Below, in pieces: positions 15,291 through 30,158 of a stretch of 64,000 nt of DNA (its first letter is position 1; every line of letters begins with the position of its first letter). This DNA comes from the human T2T-CHM13v2.0 reference genome, Homo sapiens: positions 5,696,001 through 5,760,000 of the forward strand of contig CP086569.2 in the NCBI GenBank assembly GCA_009914755.4, in the 5' to 3' direction. The notes under the pieces are model-generated. The model had not been told where the DNA came from, did no database searches, and was given only the letters and a program-made list of their open reading frames with translations. Position numbers and translations under genes: made by a program.

Positions 15291-16630
15291 CTGATACCAA
15301 AACCTGGCAGAGACACAACAAAAAAAGAAAATTCAGGCCAATATCCCTAATGAACATCAATGTGTAAATTCTCAATAAAATACTGGAAAACCAAATCCAG
15401 AAGCAAATCAAAAAGCTTATCCACCATAATCAAGTTGACTTCATCCCTGGGGTGCAAGCTTGGTTCAACATATGCAAATCAATAAACATAATCCATCACA
15501 TGAACAGAACCAATGATAAAAAACACGTGATTATCTCAATAGATGCAGAAAAGGCCTTCGATAAAATTCAACATCCTTTCATGCTACAAACTCTCAATAA
15601 ACTAGGTATTGATGGAACATATCTTAAAATAATAAGAGCTATTTATGAAAAACCCATAGCCAATATCATACTGAATGGGCAAAAGCTGGAAGCATTCCCT
15701 TTGAAAGCTGGCACAAGACAAGAATGCCCCCTGTCACCACTCCTATTCAACATAATATTGAAAGTTCTGGCTAGGGCAATCAGGCAAGAGAAAAAATTAA
15801 GAGTATTCAAATAGGAAGAAAGGAAGTCAAATTGTCTCTGTTTGCAGATGACATGATTGTATATTTAGAAAACCCCATCATCTCAGCCCAAAAATCCCTT
15901 AAGCTGATAAGCGACTTCAGCAAAGTCTCAGGATACAAAATCAATGTGCAAAGATCATAAGCATTCCTATACACTAATAATACGTAAGCAAAGAGCCAAA
16001 TCATGAGTGAACTCCCATTCACAATTGCTACAAAGGAGTAAAATACCCATGAATACAACTTACAAGGGATGTGAAGGACCTCTTCAAGGAGAACTACAAA
16101 ACCACTCTTCAAGGAAATAAGAGAAGACACAAAAAAATGGAAAAACATCCATACTCATGGATAGGGAGAATCAATATCATGAAAATGGACACACTGCCCA
16201 AAGTAATTTATAGATTCAATGCAATTCCCATCAAGCTACCGTTGACTTTCTTTGCAGAACTAGAAATAACTACTTTAAATTTCATACGGAGTCAAAAAAG
16301 AGCCCATATAGCCAAGACAATCCTAAGCAAAAAGAACAAAACTGGAGGCCTCAAGCTACATGACTTCAAACAACACAGCAAGGCTACAGTAACCAAAACA
16401 GCATGGTACTGGTACCAAAACAGATATATAGACCAATGGAATAGAACAGAGGCCTCAGAAATAACACCACACATCTACAACCATCTGATCTTTGATAAAC
16501 TTGACAAAAATAAGCAATGGGGAAAGGATTCCCTGTTTAATAAATGGTGTTGGGAAAACTGGCTAGCCATATGCAGAAAACAGAAACTGGACCCCTTCCT
16601 TACACCTTATACAAAAATTAACTCAAGATT
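15291..16630 (+). mobile_element. LINE-1 (L1PA-type, about 88-90% to consensus by eye) internal ORF2 fragment with no poly-A, embedded in an older antisense L1
   Basis: ORFs 15452-15814 and 16071-16655 read [57 protein letters not shown]...[28 protein letters not shown] and [11 protein letters not shown]...[28 protein letters not shown]...[15 protein letters not shown]. It ends at KINSR with no A-tail. Confidence 0.85.
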
Positions 16631-18631
16631 TGAGTTTGTTTATCAAATGCCTTAATGCAGTCCTTTTTGTGTTAAATCTGCTAGGTGTTCTATAATGTTT
16701 TTCTACTTGGATATGGATATCTTTCTCCAGGTTTGGGAAATTCTCTGTTATCATCTTTTTGAACAAACTTTCTTCCCCCATCACTTTCTCTACTTCCTCT
16801 GTAAGGCCAATAGCTCTTAAGTTTGCAGTTTTAAGGCTGCTTTCCAGATCCTGTAGCCATGCTTCGTTTTTTTTTCTTTTATCTCCACTTACTGTGTGTT
16901 TTCAAACAGCCTGTCTTTAGGCCCAGTAATTCTTTCTTCTGCTTGATCAATTCTGATATTAAAGGATGCCGAAGAATTCTTCAGTATGCCAATTTCATTT
17001 TTCAGCTCTAGAATTTCCGCTTGATTATTTTTGATTGTTTTATCTTTTTGTTAAATGTGTCTTATAGGATTCTGAATTCCTTCTTTGTTCATTTGGTGAG
17101 ATCATGTTTTCCTGGATGGTGATAATGCTGATAGATGTTCTTCAATATCTGGGCATTGAAGAGATATGTATTTATTGTAGTCTTCACTACTAGACATGTT
17201 TGTACTCCTCCTTCTTGGGAGGGATTTTCAGATGTTTAAAAGGACTTGGATGTTGTGATCTAAGCTTTATCTGCTTTTGGGGGCGCACCAAGCACACTAA
17301 TGCTGTGGTTCTGGATGGTCTTAGACAATATCCAAGAGAATTCTCTGGATTACCACTAAGAAACTTCTATTCTCTTCCCTTACTTTCTCCCAAACATATA
17401 GTCTTTCTCTGTTCTGAACCTCCTAAAGCTGAGGGTGAACTTACTCATGTACGCTTGTGCCCATCAACACTATGACTGTACTGGGTCAGACCTGAAACCA
17501 GCACAGCACGGAGTCTCTCCCAAGGCCTGTGGTAACCACTCCCTAGTTACTGCATATGTTTCCTCAAGGCCCTGGGGCTCTATAATCAGTAGGTGACAAA
17601 GTCAGCCAGGCCTGTGTCCCTCCCTTCTGGGAAGTGAGGTCCCCCAGGCCCCAGGTGAATCCAAAAGCACCATCCTGGCATCAGGGGCTAGAGTAAAAAA
17701 TGTTAGGAGTCTACCTGGTATTCTATTGTATCTCAGCTGAGCTAGCACTCAAACCATACGATGTAGTTCTTCCATACTTTTCTCCCCTTTCCAAAGGCAC
17801 AGGAACCTCACCCTGAAGCCATCTCCACCTCAGGCCATGTGGAGTACTCTCAGACTACCCTGGATATTCTCTTAAGGTCCAAGGTCTCTTAAGTCAGCTT
17901 GTGGTGAATTTTGCCTGACCTGGGACTCCCCTACGTGGTCGTAGGCTCCCCTCTCGCGCAGGGCATGTCCAGAAATGCCATCCAAGTGTCACATCTTAGA
18001 ATCAGAGATCCCAAGGGCCTGCTTATTCCTCTACCCTCTGTGGTTGTGATGGTACCTAAAGTGCAAGACAAAGTCCCCTTTACTTTTTCCTCTGCTTTTC
18101 TCAAATAGAAAGAGTTTGGGCCCATAACCACCAAAACTGGCAATGTGCTGAGTCTCACCTGAAGCCAGCAAGTCTTGGAGGCTCATCCAAGGACCTTGGT
18201 GTAATACCAAGGTAAAACTTGTGGTTATTCAGAGTCCAAGGGCTCTTCAGTTAACAGATGAATGCTGCTAGGAATGAGTCATTTCCTTCAAGGCAGTGGG
18301 TTTCCTTCTGGCCCAGGATGTGTCTAGAAATGGCATCTGGGAACTAGGGCCTATAACAGGGGTCTCATGACTCTGACCAGTGCCTTGTCCTGTAATGGCT
18401 AGTTGGTATCCAAGATGCAAGACAAAATTCTCCCCATTCTCCCCTCTTCTCTCTTCAAGTATAAAGAATGAGTATCTTTTGGAGCTGTTAGATGTGCAGC
18501 CTGGGGTTAGGGGAGGGGTGATGTCAGCACTCCTTGGGCTGCCCCAACTTGTGTCTCAGTAGGTCATGTTTATCCCCAGTTTACTGTCTCTGGGCCTAGT
18601 TCAGCACTAGGACTCACCTAAGAATTGCAGT
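16631..18631 (-). mobile_element. Old LINE-1 piece X: ORF1 N-terminal half plus a long older-family 5'UTR (antisense), probably continuous with piece A
   Basis: Reverse complement of 16640-17230 translates to L1 ORF1 (LELKNEIGILKNSSASFNIRIDQAEERITGPKDRLFENTQ, LQDLESSLKTANLRAIGLTEEVEKVMGEESLFKKMITENFPNLEKDIHIQVEKHYRTPSRFN). The rest is homologous to 49.25-50.73 kb, the 5' region of the full-length L1. Confidence 0.65.
18620..18631. repeat. Left target-site duplication (aagaattgcagt) of the twin-primed L1PA
   Basis: The exact 12-mer recurs at 20017-20028, immediately after the A17 tail. Confidence 0.7.
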
Positions 18632-20016
<1,385 letters not shown>

Positions 20017-20018
<2 letters not shown>

Positions 20019-20028
20019 GAATTGCAGT
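20017..20028. repeat. Right target-site duplication (aagaattgcagt) of the twin-primed L1PA
   Basis: Identical to 18620-18631. Confidence 0.7.
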
Positions 20029-20560
20029 GCTTATTTTTTTGCAGTCCAAAAAAGAATTGCCTAGACTACCTTACCTTTCAAGTTTACTTGGAGTGTTGTG
20101 GTCCTTGGTGGCAAGGTTTGAAGGCACACAAGTTCAGACCTCAGCTATCAGCAATTCCCCTGTGGCTAAGGCTGGTTGAAATTCTCCCTTGGTAGCCAGG
20201 CATCATCTGAGTTTGGTCTGATTTTCCTTTCTGTTCTAATAGGACAGCACTGAGTTCCATGCCTCACGATTGTGTTCTCTCTCCCCCAGTGCCCAGAGAT
20301 GCTCTCCATACCATGCTGAAGCTGCAGGGGGTGGGGGTGGTTCCAGCCACTCAGGACTGTTTTTTTCTATCTCTTCAGTGCCTCTTTCTGCTATATGAAG
20401 TTAAAACCAGTTACTGTAAGTGCTCATCTGACATTTGGTTCTTGTGAAGGTGATTTTTCTGTGTAGATATTTGTTAAATAGTTTTCTTTGCAGAGGGGGA
20501 CAATCGGTGAAGCTTTCCTTTCAACCATCTTGCTCAGCCTCTAATTTTATGAATCTTACT
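20029..20560 (-). mobile_element. Possible remainder of the old L1 5'UTR (antisense), split from piece X by the young L1PA insertion
   Basis: By position it directly continues 18631 once the TSD-flanked insertion is removed. No independent motif recognised, and the right end is uncertain. Confidence 0.35.
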
Positions 20561-21189
20561 ATTTCACAACAATCATTATCATGACTCAGGTCAACCTGTT
20601 TTATGACATTTGTCATTTGCACTTTCTGTAACAAGTAATTTGAATACATGCAACTTTTTCTTATTAGTTGTTTACATATGTGTCTCTTCTACTAAGTCTT
20701 GCATTCCTTGAAGGAAGGAGCAATGTACTGTGCAACCTTATACTACTTGTAACTGATACAGTCATGGTGCATAGTAAATGATATATAAATACTCATTGAA
20801 TGAATGATCAAGAATGGAAACTGAACCATGAAGGCTAGTTTGTGATTTACACAAACATTGGCAAAGTTCTGGCACAAATTTTATATGAAAAATTTAAACA
20901 CTTAAAATCAACAGAACTTGTATCTAGAATCTGAATTGTTCTAGTCATTATCTCAGTTTTTATTTTTTAAAAATACAATTAATGTACAAATATAATTTTA
21001 GCTGTGGACAGTGAAGTTTAATTGGTTGATGACACAATCTGGTTTTCGATAACGGTATGAAAACCATGTTCCCTCTAACTTTTCATTGTGGCTGTTTTTG
21101 CTTTGTTTTGGTGAGCAACTATTGAGTTTTTATTGTGTGCCAAGCACCATACATACATTACTTTATTAAACTATCATATGAGTATAGGA

Positions 21190-21340
21190 GAGTTAAATTG
21201 ACTTATTTAATGCCCTACCTCTAATGAGAACAAGTGATATAGTTTCAATCTTTACCTGATCTCAGGTAAAGATCGCAAGGTTTTTTGTCCTTGCGATAGT
21301 TTGCTGAGAATGATGGTTTCCAGCTCCAAGCATATATTTA
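21190..21340 (-). mobile_element. Short L1PA 3'-end fragment (antisense) containing a compound palindrome
   Basis: Reverse complement of 21280-21335 is ggaaaccatcattctcagcaaactatcgcaaggacaaaaaacc ([19 protein letters not shown]). Then a palindromic insert, then atcacttgttctcattagaggtaggg, similar to L1 ccgcatgttctcactcataggtggg. Confidence 0.45.
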
Positions 21341-21569
21341 CTAAACTAGACTGCATCTCATTCTCAGTCTCCTAAGAGGCTTTCCTACCTTTTCCATGAA
21401 GAAATAGTGATAACAGAGACTCACCAAAATTAATATATACAAAACCTTATTTTCCACTAGCCCTGGAGCAAAGCTGTTCATTCCATAAAGATAGATATGT
21501 CTATGAAACAGATAATGAAAGAAAACTACATTAATTAATCTCTGGTGATCAAATGGTAAGAATCTTTGC

Positions 21570-21918
<349 letters not shown>

Positions 21919-22814
21919 CTAAAAATGTTATGTGTGTTATGATGGAATAGTCTTGTCAGTGAACTTTGTAAGTGATGCAGTTAAATGATGCAATTTGAGG
22001 GTCAGGAAGAAGACTAATGCTTACAGGGAGGCTAACACTTGAAATTTTGTAATTTGCCTGTAAGCAATGAATGTTGATTTTTATTAACATGCAGATACAC
22101 TTGGGTTGGAAATACATCAAGTAGTTATGAATAAATTTATCTTCGTATGATGTAATTAATTGAGCATGTATTTGTTAGGGTTAGAAAAATAGATCAAAAG
22201 AGATTCTGGGTAATAATGACACTGAGTAAAACATATGCAATATTAGGGGAAAATAGGTTCTTAAACTTAAGAAAGCACATAGAAGTCAAATTCAGCAGAA
22301 AAATGTCTCGCAAAGCCTGAGAGGTCCAGAAATACTAGGTTTAGATTTTTTTACCCTTTTGTTGGAACCTCGATATGAGATTAGGGTTATCTACCCTGGT
22401 ACAGTTAGAATCTTGCTTTTCGCCTATATTGTGAATTAATGATATTCTGCCCTAGAGGGAAAAAATAGTTCCTTATTTGGGGTTATTTGCAGAAGTGTGA
22501 AAGAACAGTTTTGAAACAAATTCCTTATTTGGACCTTCTTTGTTTTCTTCTCAGGTTGTAACTTCAGGTCATGATTCCTTGCTTGATTTGGACCCCAGTG
22601 AAATGGCTATAGCCTGAAGGAAATCTTCCAGGTAGATAGACAGAGGGAGCAAGAAAAACTGCATTCTCTGCAGTTTTACCTCTGTGTGCAATCATGAAAG
22701 AAAAGCACAGATTGAATAGATCAGCCCGGTCTGTGTGAACCAGGTTCAGGTATGAGGATCAAAGAAAGGAAAGGTGTCTGTGGCTTGAGAATATGGTCAC
22801 AGGGAGAAACATGC

Positions 22815-22855
22815 AAGCACACACACACACACGCACACACACACACACACACGAC
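22815..22855. repeat. (CA)n microsatellite, slightly interrupted
   Basis: gcacacacacacacacgcacacacacacacacacacgacac. Confidence 0.9.
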
Positions 22856-24904
22856 ACTACTGCTATAAATGGAAGGATGATCTTTGTGGGAAAATGTGTA
22901 AAAAACCAACCTGGCTAGGTACAGAAGTATGTGTAGGCTTTAAAATCAGACACACTAATTTTCAGACTTGGCTCTGGAACAGTTAGCTATTTGAGTTAGA
23001 ACATGCCACATAATCACTTAGCTTTAGTTTCCTTGTCTAAAAATAGCTGTTATCTTAGTACCTTTTCAGAGGACTTTTCTAGAAATTAATGATGTAGTAT
23101 ATATAAAATATTCAGCACAGTGTCTACTATAGAATAAAACTCAATAAATGGTATCAATGATTATGATGATAAGCATGTCAATGATGATGATAACAGTAAT
23201 AATGATAATGATACTGTAATTATTTTTAGCATAAGCTTTAGGCAATAAATTGTGATAAATACTGTATATCATTTTATAATGCATAAAACTTTAATATTAA
23301 TTAAAACATGCCATATCACACTCACCAATCACCTACTTACTGATTTTTGAAGGACTCTTCATATCATTTTGATAAATAAGACTCATGTTACATATTTTTC
23401 CTTAGGTATAGAAATATTACTTCTACCTGTTTTTTCTTTCTAATTGGATAATTCAGAGAACAAACATTTTAAATTAGTAAGGATATGGAATATTGGAGCA
23501 ACAAAATTAATAAGCTTGATCTAATACATGTGCATGCACACACACACGCACATACACACACATGGTCAACCCTCCTTATCTGTGGGTTTCAAATTAATAG
23601 ATACAACCAACTGTGGCTGAAAAAGCATTGGGAAAAAAATAGATGATTGCATCTGTACTAATTCCTGTCATTATTCTTTAAATAATACACTAAAACAACT
23701 ATTTACATAGTATTTATATTGTATTAGGTATTATAAGTAATCTAGAAATGATTCAAAACATATGGAAGTATGTGCATAGATTATATGCAAGTATTTCATC
23801 ATTTTATATGGAATTTGAGCACCTGTGGATATTTGTATCTGTGGAGCATATCTGTGGGGATGGGTTATAGAATCAATCTCTGATGGATATCAGAGGATGA
23901 CTGTGTACAGAGAGAAAGTGAAAGAGAGAGTCATCAGTAACAAATAATGGAGAAACTAGAAACCTATTAATGTTTTTCATATGCCCTTCATCTGAATATA
24001 GCTACAATGTGTTGACAGCTTCAAGTAAACATACAGAAGAGCTGTATATACAATTCAAGATCAGTGGTTGGATCTTCCTACTAGACCAGTCTGTTGAAAG
24101 AAGTTGGTAATTAATGGAGTTTGCACAGGTATGAGAAATCTATAGTAACACCCACAAGCCTAATCTAAATTTAATTGTGGTGAACGAATAATTATTAAAC
24201 ACCTGCATACCCAAACCTTATACCTGAATAAAAAGACAAGTGTTTTCCACAAATATAGGAAAAGTACAAGAGAAAGGATCTTGTGAAAGAGTGTCATAGA
24301 AAGAGAAATAATATATGACCTCCTCCCTCAAAGTTATTTATAATCAAATAGCAGAGGAAAGTATTTATATATAACTATAAGACAAGCTAAATAGGTATCC
24401 TTAAAAAGGTATAGTCACAGGAAAATGTTATATCTGAAGTGGTTCATTCTAAAAGTATGCTGAATTCTTAGCGGTAGGTAATAGGACAAGCTAGTTATAG
24501 ATGAGCCAAAGGCAATATAACTGTTCTTTTGACTCTTGAGAGTGAAAAGCCAAAAGTATGATTTCTAGTTTCCAAAAAGGCATAGTGAACTGGACTAAAA
24601 GAAACATCAATTTCCTGTTTGTCAGTTATGGAATGAAAAATCAGAGTGGAGATTTCACTTTTTAAAGGATGTGATAGATTATCACAATCAGCCACAATAT
24701 TATGTAGCTCCTCCCATTAAGAAGTTAAATCTATATTTGTACCCTTTGAATTTCACCTTGGTCATGTGAATTGTTTTGGCTATTTGAATATTATTAAATA
24801 TAATACAAGCAGAGACTTTAAAAGTATTTGCACATTAGAGCAAGCCCTCTTTTGCTAATTGGAACTCTTCTGTACCTATTGTGAAAGAGCATAGAAAACA
24901 TAGA

Positions 24905-25900
24905 TAAATCGGACTTCATCAAAATTAAACTTTTGTGCTACAAATGATACCATCAAGTAAGGAAAAATATAGACCACGGAATGGGAAAAAGTATGGGAGA
25001 AGATATTTGCAAATCATAACTCCTAGAACTTAATAATACAAAGACAAATAATCAGATTAAAATATGGGCAAAATATTTGAATAGATGTTTCTCAAAAGAA
25101 TATATACAAGAGGACAATAAGCATGTGAAAAGATGCTTAATATCAGTGGCCATTAGAAAAATGCAAATCAAAACCACAATGAGGTACCACTTCATTACAA
25201 ATAGAATGGCTATAATCCAAAAGATAAGTCTTGACAAGCATGTGGAAAAATTGAAATCATCATACACTGCTGGTAGGAATGTAAAATGGTGTAGCCACTT
25301 TGAAAATAGTCTAAAGCTTCTAAAATGCTTAAACATAGGTTTATAATATGACCCAGCAATTCTATTCCAAGATATAGGCCCAAGAGAAATAAAAAGATAT
25401 GTTCACACAAAAATTTGTTCATGAATGTTTATAATATTCACAGTAGCCAAAAGGTGGAAACAACTCAAATGTTTATCAATGAATGAATTATCAGTATGTT
25501 GTAAATCCATTTAACGGAATATCATTCAGCAATAAAAAGAATGAAATGTTAACAGATGCTTAAACTCAGATGGACCTTGAAAACATTATGCTAAGTGAAA
25601 GAAGCCAGTCACAAAAGACCACATATAATATGATTCTATTTATATTAAGTATCCAGAATAGGCAAGTGTGTAGAGACATAAAGTATTAATGGTTGCCTAG
25701 GACTGGGATGAATGAGGATTGGGGAGAAATACTTTAAGTGTGTCGTGGTTCTTTTTAGGATGATAATAATGTTCTAAAATTGATTGTGATAATGATTTCA
25801 CAACTTTGGGAATACACTAAAAACCATTGAATTGTATAATTTCAGTGGGTAAATTGTTTGGTATGTGAATTATGTCTCAATAAAACTGCTACAAAAGAAT
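24905..25900 (+). mobile_element. Ancient L1M (L1MA/L1MB-like) 3' end: ORF2 C-terminus and 3'UTR
   Basis: Degenerate ORF2 motifs: [36 protein letters not shown] ([16 protein letters not shown]), NVYQ.MNYQYVVNPFNGI.FSNKKE. Confidence 0.7.
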
Positions 25901-27699
25901 CAAAGTGAAGGACATAAAACAATACCTGAGCAACTTGAAAAAAAGTTTTTAAAAATGAAGTACATATTATAAAAATATTAACGATGCCAAAATTAATTTA
26001 CAAATTTAATGAACTTTCAGTTAGAATACAACTACTGAGAGCTAGAATTCTTAAAATTGGTTAAAAATAATTTAAAAGACTATATAATAAATGCCTGAGT
26101 ATATCCAATAAAATAGTAGAAAAGGCAAATAGAACTTGCCTTAGTAGCTATAGAATGTATCAGAAAGCCACTATAATTAAAACAGTATAGTATTGCTATA
26201 AAATTATGAAATTAGGTTATTTAAAATAATAAAGATATTTGATGCATAGTGTATGCTTACAGGGTTTTGATGAGTGAAAGGTATCACCCATGAATTTTAT
26301 ACTCCGGAGTTTTCATTTATGTGTGAAGGTATTTAAAATAATTTCTTGCATGTACATAGACTTAAGATGTGGAAAACAATTATCGACATATTTCATGTTA
26401 TTTAAAAGCAATAAAAATACTCATAGATGAGGATGCTGGAATATAAAAGGATTGAAGAGAGTTTTGAAAATCTAAAAGCAATGGTAAACATGGCTTCAGA
26501 ATATATTACACTTCTTATGAGTATATTATATTTTTGGAGAGCATATTTAAAATAATAGACACTAGATCATACCAGCTCAAATTAACAGATAGGAGGATGT
26601 GTAAAAATGTTCTCATTTTACCTAATTACTGTCTCATTCTAATGCTGATCATCAAGTAAATATAGATTTAGGAATTATTTAAAAATTAAAATTAGGACCT
26701 TATATGAATAAATACGTTTCTTTGCCAATATTGCTTTTGTCGTTACACACAATATCTATTACACGTACACTGGTGAACACACAATAATTCTGTCTTTCTA
26801 GTCATATATATTCATTGTAGGACTGTAAATAAAACATCCTGTTCTCCTTAGCCAAGGAGTAGTTGTATGTCCCAGACTAGTGAATTCATACCTGAAACAC
26901 AAAAAACGGAAAAATCATTTTAAGTTAATTTATTCTATTGGTGGTATCATGATGAATATTCTCTGATACCTGGACCCCTATTTCTTCCCTGGAAGCTACA
27001 TTTTTTTTTCTGATTCTGGTTCTGTAGCCTTCCTATCAGTCCTATGATCCCACTGATACCTTTCCCAAAAATTGTTTATTCTGTCCAAACTAGTGAGACA
27101 CAAGTTTTATTCTTTACAGCCAACGAAGGTAACTGATACGATTATCAACACTTAAAACAAGTTTTACAATTTTGAATAGAGGTACAAGTCTAAGAAAAAA
27201 AACACTAACACAGAAAATTAAAAATTCAAATAAAAATAAAATAGGATGGAAATTTAAATGACATATATAATATCAAATATATACAGTGAAACAATAAATA
27301 TACCATTATGTACTAAAATAGACTTTGTGTAGGACAAGTATTAAAGATAAAAAGTCTATGTAGAAGGAGGCCACAGTATGTAAAGTAAATGAGTGAGTCT
27401 AGGTATATGTGCAGTAGAAACACATACCTATGTGTATCAGAAGACATAAACAAGAGTGTTCATGGTTGCATTTGACATAATAGTCCCAAACTCAAAAAAG
27501 TACACATAACAAAAATATTAGAAAGAGACCATTTCATATACATGTTCACAATTTCTTCCAAAAACATGAGACAAATATCTATGTTATTGACAACATTGCA
27601 CATCCTAGAAAGAAAAAGTCATGCATATGCTTATAAAATACATATAAAATATAATTTCATATAAAATACATATAAAAATAATTTCATATAAAATACCTG

Positions 27700-28320
27700 A
27701 AATTATACATAATATATTACACAGCATGGTGGGTGTGGTGAAGAAAAATAAGACAGGGTAAACAGGTGGAGACTATGGTGATGGTGAGGTAGATTACAGA
27801 GGGTGGTCCTAGCTGCCCTTGAACAAAAACAAGAAACATGTCAAATTGATGGAGAAAACAAACCACCTGACAGTGCACAAACTGCATCAAGGTCTTGGGG
27901 TTAGAACATACTGCAGCAAGGAGAAAGATGAGGAGCAGAAGGGAAAATTCCCAAATTTGTGCAAGCATCATAACCTATGATTAGCGTCTTTGGGCTAACT
28001 TGTGCTCATTCTAATAGAAGAAGCACACCCCTGGATGGAGAATTAAGAGGCTAATGACACAAGATATAATGTACTACTATGTACCGCCACTGCACATGCA
28101 GGCCTGAAAACCACCCGCAACATGCTTAATATTATAGCAGCACTTCTTTCCCGCCTCTGTATAAATAATCATGTAAAACCCCCATAAATGGAGTTTCCCT
28201 AGTGCCAGTTGGTGCTGTCTCATTCTCAAGCAGCCCACTCTAACTTCGCTTTCAGAATTTATTTTTGCCTTGCAATAAAGCTTCTTTGCTTACTTTAACT
28301 TTGATTTAATTCTGTTTTGC
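27700..28320 (+). mobile_element. Possible solo LTR (U3-R-like: TATA-like tataaataa, aataaag poly-A signal, retained CpGs)
   Basis: ccgccactgcacatgcaggcctgaaaaccacccgcaacatgc...cccgcctctgtataaataatcatg...ttgccttgcaataaagcttctttgcttac. Family not recognised. Confidence 0.25.
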
Positions 28321-29798
28321 AAACATGATCGATATTTGCATAACAAAACATGGAACACATTATGGTGGGAGGAGACTGACCAACAGTGAGAGTAATAGAA
28401 TATGTGATAGGAGAAGCAGCTGAGGGCTGTCATCTTTACAGGGCCCTGTAAGCCACTGTAAGTAATTTAGTTTTTACTTTCAGTGAGAGGGGTCATTTTT
28501 GGTAGGTTACTAACCTATATCTGTAAAGTATCAATCTGGGACAATATGATGAATAGACTATAAAAAAGCAAGTGTGGATTCATGGAGAAGCATTAAGAGG
28601 CTACTGAAAAATAATCTGAATGAGAGAATAATAGTGGTTTTGACTAGGTAGTGTAGGGAGATGATGAGAGTGGTCAGATTATTACAAAGTTATATCTGAT
28701 TAATTGAATGTGGTATCTGAAAAGGGAAGACAAAGTCATTGACCATTTTAGGGAATTTGACCTGCACAACATGAAGAAGAATGAAGTTGCCTTTAACTAC
28801 TGAGATGTGTGTCATATATATGTATGTATGAAAATGACTTGAAGTATATGTATGTATCATACAGTTACAGTAGTTACATCTATGTGTGGAATTAGAGATT
28901 TTTTTCTTTTTGCATATCTATATTTGGCATTAATTTTATTCAGAAATGCATTGGCTTTTATTGCAGTCATACAAATTACCATGAACTTACTAACTTAAAA
29001 CAATATAAGTTTATTATCTTCTAGTTCTTTAGGTCAGATGTCTGATACTGTTCTGACTGAGCTAAAATCAAGGTCTTGGCATGGCTGTATTCCTTTATGG
29101 AGGCTCCAGAAGAGAATCCATTTCTTTGCTATTCCCAGCTTCTGAAGTCCATCCACATTCCTTGAGTTGAGGATCCCTTCCACCTTCTTTACAGCCAGGA
29201 ATCTAATGTCTCTCTGAACCTTTTTACATTGTCTCAAATTTCTCTTTCAGCATAGCAGGAGAAAGTTCTTCACTTTTAAAGATGCATATGATTAGGTGGA
29301 GCTAACCTGGATAATATAGGATAATCTACACACCAATATGTTTTTAACCATAATCACATCTGTAGAGTTTCTTTTACCATGTAGATAGATATTAATGGGT
29401 TCTGAGAATTAGGATGTAGACATATTTGTTTGACTATTATTTTGCCTACCACAACAAATGGCCATTTCTGGAAGAAACACGTATGTGAATGAGGCAATAT
29501 TCAAAATATATTCTTACACCCAAAACCCATTAATGACTACTGTTTAATTTTTAGCTAACTTCCTTCTAAATTCTAAGCATGCAGACTTTCTCTTCTTTTT
29601 CCAATTAAAAATATACTATACACAAATTTATTCACTCAATATTTATTCAACAGTGCCAGGCCATATGTTTGACAGTGGATATAAAAACTACAACCATAGT
29701 TTTATAGCATTATATTATAAGCACTTACACTGTTATTAAATAATTAAAAAAATAACTTTCAAAGCATAATAAGAATGTACTAAAATTCATTTAACATT

Positions 29799-30158
29799 TG
29801 TATTAGTCTGTTTTCACACTGCTGATAAAGACATACCTAAGACTGGGCAACTTACGAAAGGGAGAGGTTTAATTGGACTTACAGTCCTGTGTGTAGCTGG
29901 GGAAGCCTCACAATCATGTCACAAGGTAAGGAAGAGCAAGTCACATCTTACATGGATGGCAGCAAGCAAACAGAGAGAGCTTGTGCAGGGGAGCTCCTCT
30001 TTTTAAAACCATCAAATCTAGTGAGACTTATTCATTATCAAGAGAACAGCACATGAAAGACTTGCCCCCATGATTCAATTACCTCCCACTGGGTCCCTCT
30101 CAAAACATGTGGGAATTCAAGATGAGATTTGGGTGGGGACACAGCCAAACCATATCAA
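29799..30158 (-). mobile_element. Solo ERVL-MaLR LTR (THE1/MST-like)
   Basis: tgtattagtctgttttcacactgctgataaagacatacc...ggtttaattggacttacagt...catgattcaattacctcccactgggtccctc...gatgagatttgggtggggacacagccaaaccatatca is the reverse complement of the canonical THE1 LTR (tgatatggtttggctgtgtcc...ctaataca). Confidence 0.8.

Noticed and set aside
13735-16630. Antisense L1 piece A plus sense ORF2 piece considered as a third twin-priming event
   Set aside because: The two pieces differ clearly in divergence and family: piece A is L1PB/L1MA-like, the sense piece is L1PA-type. Their breakpoints are about 200 bp apart in L1 coordinates. The sense piece also lacks a poly-A tail.
16071-16655. Longest ORF in the track (194 aa), together with ORFs 19237-19755 (172 aa), 1239-1703 (154 aa, minus), 46589-46987 (132 aa, minus), 11652-12032 (126 aa) and 15452-15814 (120 aa), considered as possible host genes
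   Set aside because: All translate to recognisable LINE-1 ORF2 or ORF1 segments ([51 protein letters not shown] and similar). They are retrotransposon remnants, most with stops and frameshifts just outside the reported ORF.
16631-18631. A 2-kb block with a second homologous copy at 49250-50730 that at first looked like an unknown duplicated element or possible novel repeat
   Set aside because: Reverse-complement translation of its left part is L1 ORF1. The remainder sits exactly where an older-family L1 5'UTR should be. The second copy is the 5' end of the full-length antisense L1. It is known biology, not novel.
29280-29460. Segment resembling the internal part of an MLT/MST-type LTR (...cataatcacatctgtagagtttcttttaccatgtagatagatattaatgggttctgagaattaggatgtagacat...)
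   Set aside because: Similarity is from memory of a motif only and has no recognisable termini. Too weak to list as a feature.
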